Below the pieces are notes generated by a model. It saw nothing but the letters and a program-made list of their open reading frames with translations, was not told the DNA's origin and did not search any database. From SAR202 cluster bacterium AG-426-M11 (GTDB taxonomy: Bacteria > Chloroflexota > Dehalococcoidia > Lucifugimonadales > UBA826): a stretch of DNA of 64,000 bases. The translations under genes and the position numbers were made by a program. Location of the stretch: positions 3,470-67,469 of the forward strand of contig QCNV01000003.1 in assembly GCA_003213095.1 (NCBI GenBank), given 5' to 3'. This document shows, piece after piece, positions 1 to 10,405 of this stretch; the stretch's first letter is position 1; every line of letters begins with the position of its first letter.

Positions 1-1
1 A

Positions 2-793
2 AACCCAATTAAAAATTTTGGAATAAACCAAAATATTCCTGTAATTCAACCGGCAAATTTCAAGTCTGATAGAGATATTAAGAATTTAAAAAGTTGGGAT
101 GCAGAAGTGGCAGTTATTGCAGCATACGGAATCATACTTCCTAAAAATATTTTAGATTCCTTTAAATTCGGTTGCTTAAACTTACATCCTTCGGTTTTAC
201 CTAAATATAGAGGCCCTTCACCTGTCGCATCCGCCATTATGAATAATGATTCAGAAACTGGTGTATCTATCATGTTACTCGACGAAGGAATGGATAGTGG
301 CCCAATTCTCTCTCAAGAAAAAACTAAAATATTGCCAAATGAAACTACAGGAGAATTAACGAATCGTCTATTTATACAAGGATCAATTCTTATGTCAAAT
401 ACACTTAACAAGTGGATCAACGGAAAAATTACTCCTGAGAGTCAAATTCATCAAAATGCTTCATTTACAAAACTTTTTTCGAAAAAAGACGGAGAAATTA
501 ATTGGAATTTATCCGCTCAAACAATAGTTTCTAAAATTAGAGCTCTTGATCCTTGGCCAGGATCATATACATATCTAGATCAAAAATTATTAAAAATCAT
601 TTCAGTATCTTTTGAAAAACAATCAAATTTAGATATTGGAGAAATATATTTAGATCACAATATCAACATAGGTACAAAAACAGGCAAGATTATAGTTCAT
701 AAATTACAACTTGAAGGAAGAAAGCCATTAAACGCATCAGATTTTATCAGAGGTAACTCCTCTTTAAATGGAAAAATTTTAGGTGTAAGATAA
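2..793 (+). CDS. fmt: methionyl-tRNA formyltransferase, 5' end cut by window edge
   Basis: The frame is open from nt 2 (NPIKNFGINQNIPVIQP...), upstream of the track Met at 107. It carries AAYGIILP, HPSVLPKYRGPSPV and LDEGMDSGPIL formyltransferase motifs plus an Fmt-type C-terminal domain. Confidence 0.85.
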   Translation, partial: NPIKNFGINQNIPVIQPANFKSDRDIKNLKSWDAEVAVIAAYGIILPKNILDSFKFGCLNLHPSVLPKYRGPSPVASAIMNNDSETGVSIMLLDEGMDSGPILSQEKTKILPNETTGELTNRLFIQGSILMSNTLNKWINGKITPESQIHQNASFTKLFSKKDGEINWNLSAQTIVSKIRALDPWPGSYTYLDQKLLKIISVSFEKQSNLDIGEIYLDHNINIGTKTGKIIVHKLQLEGRKPLNASDFIRGNSSLNGKILGVR

Positions 794-833
794 CTGATAT
801 TGAATGTAGAAAATACTTTGTTAAATTTTCATT

Positions 834-1457
834 ATGACTAAAGCTATAGAACAAGTAACACATAAAGTCTCAGAAGAATCTTTAAAAGAGATGCCTTTAC
901 ATCTTCATCAACTACCTGAAAAAATTTCCGGATTTTCATTACTTCGTGAAAGCACTTTATCTAATAAAACCATGGCAACTCATGGTTTTCCTGGTAAATC
1001 AGAGGAGGACTATTACAATATAGGCAGAATTACAGGTTACTTAAGAGAATTTGCTTCCGCGTCAGCTATTCCTCAAAAAAAAGATGGCGCAGACATTGTG
1101 GCTGCCACTGTAGTTCACCTATTTAAAGATGAAAAAGCCACTGAAACTTGGATGAATGAGGTATTTATTAATCAGTTCTTGGATAATATCGGTCATGAAG
1201 TTGGAGAAAATCAAAAATTAGTCGCTGTTGAAAAATTAGAAATTGATGATTTCTACTATCAATCTGTGGGTGTTCGAGCTATTCAAGATAGTGAAGAGGG
1301 AGTTTTGTCTACCACTGTAATAGATTTCAGTATCGGACGCCTTTTAGGAGTTTCTTTCATTGTAACCGTAGGAGATCATGGTAGAACAGAATTAGTTACA
1401 AACTTAGGATTAGAACTCGAACGAAATATAGTTAGAGAACTGCTTACAACTATTTAA
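834..1457 (+). CDS. hypothetical protein (207 aa)
   Basis: Long ORF filling the gap after fmt. I recognise no motif and see no clear SD. Confidence 0.45.
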   Translation: MTKAIEQVTHKVSEESLKEMPLHLHQLPEKISGFSLLRESTLSNKTMATHGFPGKSEEDYYNIGRITGYLREFASASAIPQKKDGADIVAATVVHLFKDEKATETWMNEVFINQFLDNIGHEVGENQKLVAVEKLEIDDFYYQSVGVRAIQDSEEGVLSTTVIDFSIGRLLGVSFIVTVGDHGRTELVTNLGLELERNIVRELLTTI

Positions 1458-2397
1458 AAACTCTTGTAGATCTATAATACGACTCTCCACTAAATATTAT
1501 TGCGCCTATCACTATAAGTATTAATCCAACTATCAAACCCCTCCCAGGATTTTCTCCTAAAATCAACCAGGCAACGGTAACGCCCGATAATGGTTGAATG
1601 AAAGAAAAAAAAGTAATGGTTGAAGGTAAATACCTCTTCATTAACCAAGCATTGGCTAAAAAACCAAACCCAGCAATTACACTACCTTGATAAAAAATTG
1701 CGATCCAGTAATTTAATTCATAGGAGAATTGAGTAGTTTCAATCAATTGACTAGCAATCAAAAAAACTATAGTCCCCATAATTAATTGCCCTAGCATCAA
1801 TTTAACCTCAGACATGTTTTGAGCAAAATTTGAAGTCAATACTAATCTAAGCCCTAATAAGATTGCAGATGTAATACTCAATAAATCTCCAGACAATGAA
1901 ATTCCAGGTGTGACTAAGCCTGTATCCAAAAATACTATTGAAAGAACACCCAAATATGAAAGAATAATTGCCAATAATTTATATCTTGTCATTAAATCAT
2001 TTGGAACTAAAAAATGTGATAAACATGCAGCCCAAATAGGAAACGTTGCATTCAAAGCAGTAGCATGACCAGCAGTAGTTAAATACTGGCCATAATTCAT
2101 AAAAACTATTTGAACTGAAAATAATATCCCTATTAAAGTCAGAGGAAAAACTTCGGCACTTTTAATCACAAAGCTTTCTCGCTTGAAACACATGTAAATT
2201 ACAGTAACTAAACCTCCTGAAACGAATCTCATCCAACCAATTTGCAAAGGTGGTGAATAATCTAAAGCAACCTTAATGCTTGTATGATTACCTCCCCACA
2301 ACATCGATAATAAAATTTGAAAAATACTAGGATAAAAACCTGCTGGTTTCCTTTTTTCATGTTTAATAGTCATAATAAAACCTTCAATTAAGCGCAT
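1450..2397 (-). CDS. EamA/DMT-family transporter
   Basis: About 10 hydrophobic helices in two repeated halves, typical of the drug/metabolite transporter fold. The likely true start is Met at 2373 (MTIKHEK), preceded by GAAGG. Confidence 0.7.
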   Translation of the reverse strand: MRLIEGFIMTIKHEKRKPAGFYPSIFQILLSMLWGGNHTSIKVALDYSPPLQIGWMRFVSGGLVTVIYMCFKRESFVIKSAEVFPLTLIGILFSVQIVFMNYGQYLTTAGHATALNATFPIWAACLSHFLVPNDLMTRYKLLAIILSYLGVLSIVFLDTGLVTPGISLSGDLLSITSAILLGLRLVLTSNFAQNMSEVKLMLGQLIMGTIVFLIASQLIETTQFSYELNYWIAIFYQGSVIAGFGFLANAWLMKRYLPSTITFFSFIQPLSGVTVAWLILGENPGRGLIVGLILIVIGAIIFSGESYYRSTRVFK

Positions 2398-2447
2398 TCT
2401 AACTTAATTACCTTGTATCTTTTCAATCAATCACTTATAAATTACAT

Positions 2448-3506
2448 ATGACATGCAAAAAAGATATAAACCTTAGTGTGGTAGATCAGTCGCCTACTAG
2501 ACGAGACGGTTCCGCTGTAGAGGCATTAAACGAAACTGTTAGACTAGCTCAACATGCTGAAACCCTAGGATATACGAGATATTGGGTCTCTGAACACCAT
2601 AATTCCAATTCATTTTCAGGGACTAGTCCCGAAATTTTAATTGCCCAAATTGCAGCCAACACCAAAACTATCAGAGTTGGCAGTGGCGGAGTAATGTTAA
2701 GTCACTACTCAGCGTTAAAAGTAGCAGAACAATTTAGTATCTTAGATTCTTTTCACCCGAATAGAATCGACCTTGGAATTGGTAGGGCACCGGGTAGTGA
2801 TCGTAGAACTGCAGCTGCCCTTACTTTTCCTAGACCAACTATGGACGTTTTTAATGATTTTCCTCAAATGGTCAATGATCTGTTGGGTTTTCTTAAATCA
2901 ACAATTACTCCTGATAATCCCCTATATGGAATTCAAGCTCAACCCTCATCTAAAAATACTTTTCCTGAAATATGGTTATTAGGATCAAGTGACTTCAGTG
3001 CTAAACTAGCAGCTCAACTAGGTCTCCCATTTAGTTTTGCAGATTTTTTCGGCAACACATCAGACTACGGTCCTAAAATTACTCAAATTTATAGAGAACA
3101 ATTTCAACCATCAGAATATTTGTCAGAGCCTAAAGTTCACATCGGATTACAAGTATTTTGTGCAGATACTGAAGAACAAGCAAAATTTATTGGATCTTCT
3201 AGAAATATTAATAAAATTCTATCTTTGACAGGAAGAGCTCAGTCAGGATTAATACCCCCTGAAGAAGCTACCCAAATAAATCTTACCTTCCAAGAAAAAT
3301 TATATTTAGAACAATCAACTCAAAGTTTCATAGAAGGCGATCCATCACAAGTAGAAATTGGAATTTTGAAATCGTCTGAACGTTATGAAACAAATGAAAT
3401 TGGAATTGTGACAAATTGTTACTATTTTGAGGATAGATTGAAATCTTACGAATTAGTCAGCAAAATATTTAATCAAACATCTGTAGAAAACGTAAAAATC
3501 AATTAG
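2448..3506 (+). CDS. luciferase-like (LLM class) flavin-dependent oxidoreductase, YhbW-like group
   Basis: N-terminal LSVVDQSP...LGYTRYWVSEHHNS...GSGGVMLSHYSALKVAEQF...RIDLGIGRAPGSD matches the conserved LLM group-1 signature. Confidence 0.8.
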   Translation: MTCKKDINLSVVDQSPTRRDGSAVEALNETVRLAQHAETLGYTRYWVSEHHNSNSFSGTSPEILIAQIAANTKTIRVGSGGVMLSHYSALKVAEQFSILDSFHPNRIDLGIGRAPGSDRRTAAALTFPRPTMDVFNDFPQMVNDLLGFLKSTITPDNPLYGIQAQPSSKNTFPEIWLLGSSDFSAKLAAQLGLPFSFADFFGNTSDYGPKITQIYREQFQPSEYLSEPKVHIGLQVFCADTEEQAKFIGSSRNINKILSLTGRAQSGLIPPEEATQINLTFQEKLYLEQSTQSFIEGDPSQVEIGILKSSERYETNEIGIVTNCYYFEDRLKSYELVSKIFNQTSVENVKIN

Positions 3507-4785
3507 GCAAACTCGGTTTAGTAGAAAACAGAAAGCACAACCCTCCAATTGCACACAATACACCCAAAACGGCAAATGCAAAGGTGTAACTACCGGTCAC
3601 ATCCCTTAAAATTCCAGCAAATACTGGTCCTATAAGCAGAAGTACATTCATAGGTACTTGTGAAATTCCCAAAATTTTTCCAAAATTTTTCCTACCAAAA
3701 TATTCTCCCCTAATCGAGGCATTGATAGGATTTCTACCCCCAAAACCTATACCAAAAAATAAAGCAAATCCATATGCGCTTAGCAATCCTGGAGGAGCAA
3801 AAGTTAGAATCAAAACACCAAATGCCTGACTCATTGAAAAAATCATCAAAGCAATATTTTTGGGCATTCTATCTCCAACATATCCCCCAACCATTTGAAA
3901 AATCATAGATACTGCAGTGTATCCAGTCACAACAAATGATGCAGTTTGTAAACTGTAATTTAAATCTGTTAATAATGGGGCCAAATGTAGCATTAGAGCT
4001 AATAAAACCATTGAAGTAAAACCATGACCTAAACTAATTAACCAAAAAGATTTAGTTTTCAAAGCTTGTTTCACTGTAAAATCTATCTGATCTGAAACTA
4101 AATCACCTGATTCTGTATTTGGATCACTGTGATATTTAGTGGGAGAATCACCATCTGGTAACATTCCATATTCTTCAGGAGTATTTCTAATCAATCTAGT
4201 TAGAGGATACGCAGCTAGTATTATAAAAATCCCCAAAAATAAAGCTGTAGAACTCCAACCCGGTCTTGTTGGAAAATCTGGATCAACCATCCAGGCTAAA
4301 AGAGGGATAAGAAACAATGTACCTATTCTAGCTAGAGAATTTGAAACACCCATAGCAAAAGAACGTCTTTTAATAAACCAATTATTCAACATTGTATTTA
4401 AAGCCAACCAACTACCCAAACCTTGTCCCAATGCAATAATTAAATAAGAAAAATAAAACATCCAAATATTATTAATCAGACTAAACAACACCCACCCGAT
4501 TCCCATAATTAATAATCCAATTAACACCATTAATCGAGTACCAAATCTATCAACCAAATAACCTTCTACAGGACCTAGAATGCCACCTTCAATTCTAGTA
4601 AAAGATAATGCCAAAGATAATTTAGTTCGATTCCAACCAAATGCCCTTTCCATTGCGACAGCCCAAATTCCCATTGCATGAAATAAAGGAACAGTTGCTA
4701 GTAACATTACAGCACCAAAAACGGGCAATAAATACCAACCATAAAAAACAGATTTATAACGAATTTTCAATTTCAAACTAGACAT
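3499..4785 (-). CDS. MFS transporter
   Basis: 428 aa with about 12 predicted TM helices in two halves split by a hydrophilic loop. Contains a GYLVDRFGTR (MFS motif A-like) loop. Confidence 0.8.
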   Translation of the reverse strand: MSSLKLKIRYKSVFYGWYLLPVFGAVMLLATVPLFHAMGIWAVAMERAFGWNRTKLSLALSFTRIEGGILGPVEGYLVDRFGTRLMVLIGLLIMGIGWVLFSLINNIWMFYFSYLIIALGQGLGSWLALNTMLNNWFIKRRSFAMGVSNSLARIGTLFLIPLLAWMVDPDFPTRPGWSSTALFLGIFIILAAYPLTRLIRNTPEEYGMLPDGDSPTKYHSDPNTESGDLVSDQIDFTVKQALKTKSFWLISLGHGFTSMVLLALMLHLAPLLTDLNYSLQTASFVVTGYTAVSMIFQMVGGYVGDRMPKNIALMIFSMSQAFGVLILTFAPPGLLSAYGFALFFGIGFGGRNPINASIRGEYFGRKNFGKILGISQVPMNVLLLIGPVFAGILRDVTGSYTFAFAVLGVLCAIGGLCFLFSTKPSLPN

Positions 4786-4850
4786 TCATGCAAAAAAAAT
4801 CAAGAATAATATTTCAGGATTCTACTCCATAAATCAAAAAAGGGCGAATT

Positions 4851-6119
4851 TTAAATTTCATTTTTGAGACTTCTAATTTTTTCAGACCCGAAAAATAATA
4901 ATGAAATAAATATTCCTACAGAACCCATCAAAAGTAATGTAGTAGAAACACTAAAACGTGTAGCTAGCCAACCAACTGCAATAACAAAAAACACAACCGA
5001 TCCATTGGAAATACGATATAAACTATTTGCTCTAACTCTAAACTCGTCTTTTACTAATGTTTGAGTAATTAGCCCATTAGTGGTTCTATAAATTGTCTGA
5101 GTAATTCCATGTGATGCTAAAACTATGAAAGCAAATATCAAACCAAAATTAAAACTGAGTGTAAATGTTAAAACAGATCCTCCAATAGCAGCTATTAAGC
5201 AGAGGAATCCTTTTCTTGAAGGAAATCCAAATGCAGACAACATCAAAACCATCAAAAACCCTCCCACACCATTCATTGCCATTAAATAACCTCCAAAATC
5301 TGGACCTTCAAGCAAAACATTGGCGGTATACATTGGAAGAAGAAACAATACTGGATGTAAAATACCGTTAGGAACTACTGCCAAAAAATAAAGGAGGGGA
5401 ATAACTCTTTGTTTAAACCATAGGTATTTTAACCCTTCAATCACATCACCAAATAGTGTTTTAAAAAATGAAAACTCAGAAGAATTAACACTGATATTAG
5501 TTTTTTCAGTATAAGGAGTTTTCATTCCCCAAAAAGATAATACAACCCCTAAATACAATAACCCTTCTAACATAAAATTCCAGAAAAACCCTGTAGAATT
5601 TAATAATATACCCCCTACAAAAGGACCTAACATTCTTGTACCAGGAATTGTTAACACACTTGTAGCAAAGGCATTACTTAAGTGCGATCTTGGAACAGTA
5701 TTTGCAATTAATGCTTGCCTAACAGGAAATGTAATTGCCTCCCTAGTCCCTGCTAAAAATGCATAACAGTAAACGTGCCATACTTGTATCAAATCTGTAG
5801 TAGTTAGAAATCCAAAACCTACTGCAATCATGAACATTAGAATTTCAACAAAAATCACCAATTTTCTTCTATCTAATTTATCTCCCAATACTGCAGCAAA
5901 GGGGCCAATAATAAGACCGGGTAAAGCTATCATGCCTCCAATACCTACCACAAACAATGCAGAAGTATCATGAGAGTCAGTTAAATACTTAACTAACCAA
6001 CCTAGTGTGAGTAATTGAAGCCAAATTGAAGTATTTGCACAAAAATTGCCCATCCACAAATGCCTGTAATTTTTATGTGCAATTAATGAATCAAAAGTTT
6101 GAATTCTTGGTATTTTCAT
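4851..6119 (-). CDS. MFS transporter (MFS_3/EntS-like architecture)
   Basis: N-terminal YRHLWMGNFCANTSIWLQLLTLGWLV and LGDKLDRRKL loop, with 12 hydrophobic segments. Confidence 0.8.
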   Translation of the reverse strand: MKIPRIQTFDSLIAHKNYRHLWMGNFCANTSIWLQLLTLGWLVKYLTDSHDTSALFVVGIGGMIALPGLIIGPFAAVLGDKLDRRKLVIFVEILMFMIAVGFGFLTTTDLIQVWHVYCYAFLAGTREAITFPVRQALIANTVPRSHLSNAFATSVLTIPGTRMLGPFVGGILLNSTGFFWNFMLEGLLYLGVVLSFWGMKTPYTEKTNISVNSSEFSFFKTLFGDVIEGLKYLWFKQRVIPLLYFLAVVPNGILHPVLFLLPMYTANVLLEGPDFGGYLMAMNGVGGFLMVLMLSAFGFPSRKGFLCLIAAIGGSVLTFTLSFNFGLIFAFIVLASHGITQTIYRTTNGLITQTLVKDEFRVRANSLYRISNGSVVFFVIAVGWLATRFSVSTTLLLMGSVGIFISLLFFGSEKIRSLKNEI

Positions 6120-6147
6120 ATTAAAAATTTAAAGACGTGAAACAAAA

Positions 6148-7248
6148 TTATTCAAGTTTACCTTTAAATCCTTTATGTAATAATTCCCAATCTATGTCAT
6201 AACCCAATCCTGGTTTTGTGGGGGCATGAACATATCCTGAATCAAATTGAATATCTTCTACTAAACCAAACATATTTGCTCCAGTACATGGAAAATACTC
6301 AAAAAATTCACAATTTGGCACGGCCATAGTTACATGTAAATTTGCAACATTATTTAGAGAATTTCCCCCATGATGAATTTCACATTTCATGTTAAAACCT
6401 TCAGCCAAATGACTAAGTCTAATCATCGGGGTTATTCCTCCTGTAACGGCAACATCACCTCTCAAAATATCTGTGGCAAATTGAGTGATCCATTGAGTCA
6501 TTCCATAATATCTACCAGGAGCATATTCTGTAGACATTATGGGAATATCTAATTTGTCATGAAGTTTAATATAGTTATAAATATCTTCCTCAACTAGTGG
6601 ATCTTCATACCAGTAAAAGTTTAAATCTTCTATTGCTCTTCCTACTCTCATTGCATCTTCATATTGATATGCCCACATAGAATCAAGCATTAGCTTCATG
6701 TCGTCTCCAACGGCTTCTCTCACTGCCTTAGAAATTTCTATGTCATATTTGGGATTACCATGTGGATGAATTTTATGAGCGGTCCATCCCATTTCTTTAA
6801 ATTTGATAGCTTCTTCAGCATACTCTTCTTTTGTAGAATGGTATGCAGTGCTTGAATATACAGGGACAGTTTCTTTACATGTTCCCAATAACCTGTGAAT
6901 CGGTTGGTTTGCAATTTTGCCATTAATGTCCCATAGACAAATATCTATAGCACCAATTACATAAGTTGAAACAGAACGATTCATTTTCCATAAATCCCAC
7001 CAAATTGCACCAATATCTTGAGGGTTTCTTCCCATAATTATAGGCTTAATAAACTCAATCAAACCTAGAGCAAAGTGATCAGCACCAATTCGAGAAGATC
7101 CTAAAAATGAATTTCCACTGATCCCTTCATCAGTTTCCACAGTTACTACCCCAAGTTGAGAAGTACCTCCAAACTGAGTCCAATCAGTAGTTTTCCAAGG
7201 CTCTGTAGCCCAATCAAATAATTCTATTTTTACATTTGTAATCTTCAT
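6148..7248 (-). CDS. enolase-superfamily enzyme (mandelate racemase/muconate lactonizing enzyme family)
   Basis: MKITNVK... capping domain, then a barrel with metal-ligand-like KLMLDSMWAY / YWYEDP / TEYA segments. The length and layout are typical of MR/MLE dehydratases. Confidence 0.8.
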   Translation of the reverse strand: MKITNVKIELFDWATEPWKTTDWTQFGGTSQLGVVTVETDEGISGNSFLGSSRIGADHFALGLIEFIKPIIMGRNPQDIGAIWWDLWKMNRSVSTYVIGAIDICLWDINGKIANQPIHRLLGTCKETVPVYSSTAYHSTKEEYAEEAIKFKEMGWTAHKIHPHGNPKYDIEISKAVREAVGDDMKLMLDSMWAYQYEDAMRVGRAIEDLNFYWYEDPLVEEDIYNYIKLHDKLDIPIMSTEYAPGRYYGMTQWITQFATDILRGDVAVTGGITPMIRLSHLAEGFNMKCEIHHGGNSLNNVANLHVTMAVPNCEFFEYFPCTGANMFGLVEDIQFDSGYVHAPTKPGLGYDIDWELLHKGFKGKLE

Positions 7249-7260
7249 AAAACCCCCTAT

Positions 7261-8679
7261 TTATTTTGCTATATCTGGAATTTTCTTCCAAACTTCAGTC
7301 ATGTCTTCAAATGCCTTCGCAAATTGCAAAATTCCAAATTCATCTCTGTATCTTCCAACTATTTGAATACCCACAGGTAAGCCATCTTTAGTAAATCCGC
7401 AAGGAACTGAAATTGATGGATGAGCTGTAGCAGTAATGAAATAACACGATTTCATCCACTCAAGAAAATCATTCATTTGAACCCCATTAATTTCAGTAAT
7501 CCATCTTTGTTTAACATCAAATGGAGGAACTTGACTTACGGGACATATGAAAAACTCATACTCATTCATAAAGGAATTCATTTTTTGGAATAAACTCATT
7601 CGTTTCTTCTCAGCCAACCCTACCTGAGGTCCAGTCAAATTAACACCTTGTTCGATATCCCAAACCATTGTCTCTTTTAAAGATTCTCTATGATTTTTTA
7701 ATAATTCACCTTGATTAAGTTCTCGACCCCATCCTCGCCATATTCTAAAACTTTCATCAGCCTCTGAAAAATCAGGACAATCATCCACTATTTCACAACC
7801 TAAAGAAGAAAACACATTTTTCTGAGATTCAATTACATTTATGGTTCTAGAATCAACAGGCAAGCCCCCTAGATCACTACTCCATGCGATTTTTGTACCT
7901 TTAAAGCTTCTTGCCAATGATTTCAAAAATGTATCCCCCGGCTCAGTGATTGAAATAGGAACTCTGTTGTCAGGTCCGGAAATAGCTGCTAATAATAAAG
8001 CGCAATCCTCTATGTTTCTAGCCATAGGACCTTGAACTGAAGTTGGACTCCAACCAGCATTTGAAGGAAAAACTGGAACTCGACCGGGAGAAGTACGAAA
8101 ACCAACCACATTACAGTAGTTAGCGGGATTTCTTAAAGAACCACCAGTATCAGATCCATCAGCAATCGGCAACATTCTAGAGGCTAATGAAACAGCGGCT
8201 CCTCCGCTACTGCCTCCACAAGTCTTAGTCAAATCATAAGGATTTAATGTTTCTCCAAAAACCTCATTATAAGTTTGAGATCCGGCTCCAAATTCAGGGG
8301 TATTAGTTTTTCCTATAGTAATAGCCCCAGCAGATTGCATTCTCTCAACAATTAGAGAACTAAAGTCAGGAACATAGTCCTTATAGAGTGGAGACCCAAA
8401 AGTTGTACGCATCCCCTTAGTAGGAACTAAATCTTTGTGTGCAGTTGGTAAACCTTGTAAAATTCCGACCTGGTGATTTTCGCTAAGTAATTTGTCAGAT
8501 TTTTTTGCTTGATTCATAGCTAAATCTCCATCAAGTGTCACAATAGCATTCACATGAGGATTGACATCATTAATCTGACTCAAATGCGCTTCCATTAATT
8601 CCACAGAGGAAATTTGTTTGTCAGAAATTAATTGCCGCATTTTAGTGGCAGTAAAATTTACTATCTCTTTATATGACAT
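7261..8679 (-). CDS. amidase (amidase-signature family)
   Basis: Gly/Ser-rich AS signature GGSSGGAAVSLA...ADGSDTGGSLRNPA, and KDL with the catalytic Lys context. Confidence 0.85.
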   Translation of the reverse strand: MSYKEIVNFTATKMRQLISDKQISSVELMEAHLSQINDVNPHVNAIVTLDGDLAMNQAKKSDKLLSENHQVGILQGLPTAHKDLVPTKGMRTTFGSPLYKDYVPDFSSLIVERMQSAGAITIGKTNTPEFGAGSQTYNEVFGETLNPYDLTKTCGGSSGGAAVSLASRMLPIADGSDTGGSLRNPANYCNVVGFRTSPGRVPVFPSNAGWSPTSVQGPMARNIEDCALLLAAISGPDNRVPISITEPGDTFLKSLARSFKGTKIAWSSDLGGLPVDSRTINVIESQKNVFSSLGCEIVDDCPDFSEADESFRIWRGWGRELNQGELLKNHRESLKETMVWDIEQGVNLTGPQVGLAEKKRMSLFQKMNSFMNEYEFFICPVSQVPPFDVKQRWITEINGVQMNDFLEWMKSCYFITATAHPSISVPCGFTKDGLPVGIQIVGRYRDEFGILQFAKAFEDMTEVWKKIPDIAK

Positions 8680-8701
8680 TTTCTTTCCTTTTTTAATTGA
8701 T

Positions 8702-10111
8702 TTAAGTGTTGGATTCTATATAAGCTTTTTCTGCACTTTTCCATTCAGGAATTAACAATCGTGACGTATTTTCTAAGAGCACTATACTAAGTGCCCCACC
8801 AAAACTAGCTACAACACTTATAGCCAAAGCCCAATTATATGAACCCAAAATGTCATAAATAGGACCACCAATCCATCCGCCAAGGGCCATTCCAATACCT
8901 GCACCCAACATCTGAAATCCATGAGCTCTGCCCATAGGAGCATGGCCAAAATATTTTCTGTTTAATATTGGGAAGCCACCAGTTTCACCACCATAACCAA
9001 TTCCAAAAGTAACAGCAAACAAAATAAAAACAAATGGGATATCAGTAAAAAATAAAATCAATACAGGTGCTCCCTGTAAAATATAAAATATAGTCATCAC
9101 TAACTTAACACCCAATTTTTCACATAACATGGGTGTTGCTAATCGTGTACTAACACTTACCATAGCCATTAAGCTAGAAATTAAAGATGCTTCGAGTACG
9201 GTCAATCCTTTTGTGGTAGCAAAAGGAATTATCCAAATCAAAATTACAGCGTGCCCAACGCAACCTAAAAAATGTATAGAACTCATATTCCAATATGCTG
9301 CTGTTTTTTTCATATGTTTATGAAATTCAGTTAAAAGAACTACAGGGGGCAAAGATGTAGATATGGGTTCATCTCCAGGCCGGCTCCCGTATTCTAAAAG
9401 TCCTATATCAGAGGGCCTATCTCTAAAATAAAAAATCATAAGTATCATCAGAGCACTAGATCCAAAACCTATAGATAAAAATGCATTTCTCCATCCCATA
9501 GATTCAACCAAAATTGCAACAAGTGGTGTTGCAATGGCAGGACCTACTCCCCATGAAGTCATTATTAATCCCATAGCTAAACCTAAATGTCTTCTAAACC
9601 AAATCATTGCAGCAGGAATCAAAGGCACCAAAAATATTGACTGTGCCACACCTAAAATTACTCCATATGAAATCCAAAAATGTAGTAATCCCAATGAAAT
9701 TTGGATGTTAAACACATGAAATTCCCACGAAAACCAATTTCTAATAAATGCAGTCAAAATCATTCCCATTAAAAAAAGAATGACTCCTAAATACATAGTT
9801 TTTTTTGCACCCAAGCGATCTCCAAGATTTCCTGCCCAAGGAGATGAAATAGCAGTAACAATCATGCCAATAGCGTATGCAATCCCAATATTTGACTGAC
9901 TCCAAGCAAATCGTTGCTCTAATGGATCAACAAAAACCCCAAATGCCATTCTGATTGATGAACCTACAATTTGCATTCCAAATATTATAAAAACTATTAC
10001 CCAAGCATAATGCCAATAAAATGTTTTTTCTGAATATTTAACAGTCATATTAATGTAGGGGACAAGCCCACAATGCAGCTTTTTCCCATGCATATGTGGT
10101 TTGTGAATCAT
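8702..10111 (-). CDS. MFS transporter
   Basis: Multi-TM protein with a GNLGDRLGAKK motif-A loop. The start is probably Met at 10048 (MTVKYSEK...), not the track start. Confidence 0.75.
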   Translation of the reverse strand: MIHKPHMHGKKLHCGLVPYINMTVKYSEKTFYWHYAWVIVFIIFGMQIVGSSIRMAFGVFVDPLEQRFAWSQSNIGIAYAIGMIVTAISSPWAGNLGDRLGAKKTMYLGVILFLMGMILTAFIRNWFSWEFHVFNIQISLGLLHFWISYGVILGVAQSIFLVPLIPAAMIWFRRHLGLAMGLIMTSWGVGPAIATPLVAILVESMGWRNAFLSIGFGSSALMILMIFYFRDRPSDIGLLEYGSRPGDEPISTSLPPVVLLTEFHKHMKKTAAYWNMSSIHFLGCVGHAVILIWIIPFATTKGLTVLEASLISSLMAMVSVSTRLATPMLCEKLGVKLVMTIFYILQGAPVLILFFTDIPFVFILFAVTFGIGYGGETGGFPILNRKYFGHAPMGRAHGFQMLGAGIGMALGGWIGGPIYDILGSYNWALAISVVASFGGALSIVLLENTSRLLIPEWKSAEKAYIESNT

Positions 10112-10405
10112 TTGATTTAACTAAAGTATCTGATCGTGCTTCAATCCTAGAGTCAGCTATTGCAGCAATCAAATAAATAAATATCATAAAACTAATTAAT
10201 GCTACTAAAAAAAATTGAATTGGAACTCCAAAAACCCATGTTTTATTAATTTCATCACCCTTTAAGATTGTGTAGCAGAATTATAAACTTATAAAAAAAA
10301 TACACAACACAAATAAATTACAAAACTAATATGTGATTTCTCACTAAGATTTCTGTTAATCTAGCAACGCTTTACAAAAAATGAATAAATGTGAGGGAGA
10401 ATCTA

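Noticed and set aside
46-273. Short ORFs in the track that lie antisense to, or out of frame within, long domain-bearing genes. Examples are 46..273, 2773..2982, 3037..3228, 4139..4447, 4864..5064, 6370..6552, 6738..6923, 7841..8035, 9129..9323, 9534..9719, 11535..11750, 12673..12966, 14408..14614 and 16727..16981. Further examples are 22090..22317, 23314..23580, 28069..28257, 29357..29575, 29929..30117, 31632..31814, 32108..32353, 34994..35245, 35014..35220, 36656..36880, 37832..38017, 38295..38510, 38726..38920 and 39225..39410. The remainder are 40987..41232, 42442..42645, 43028..43222, 44105..44347, 45302..45577, 47646..47831, 47713..47895, 47975..48352, 48552..48743, 49230..49424, 50964..51191, 53885..54085, 55683..55874, 57030..57239, 57829..58047, 58239..58427, 58462..58737 and 59215..59412.
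   Set aside because: Each is fully embedded in a longer ORF whose product has clear family motifs. Their translations are low-complexity or hydrophobic shadow sequences with no SD, as expected by chance in AT-rich DNA.
10112-10390. A possible small gene on the minus strand in the 280-bp AT-rich gap upstream of the MFS gene (hydrophobic frame ...VFGVPIQFFLVALISFMIFIYLIAAIADS...).
   Set aside because: It has no ATG/GTG/TTG start with an SD at a sensible position. The frame runs into and overlaps the MFS 5' region, so this is more likely divergent promoter DNA.
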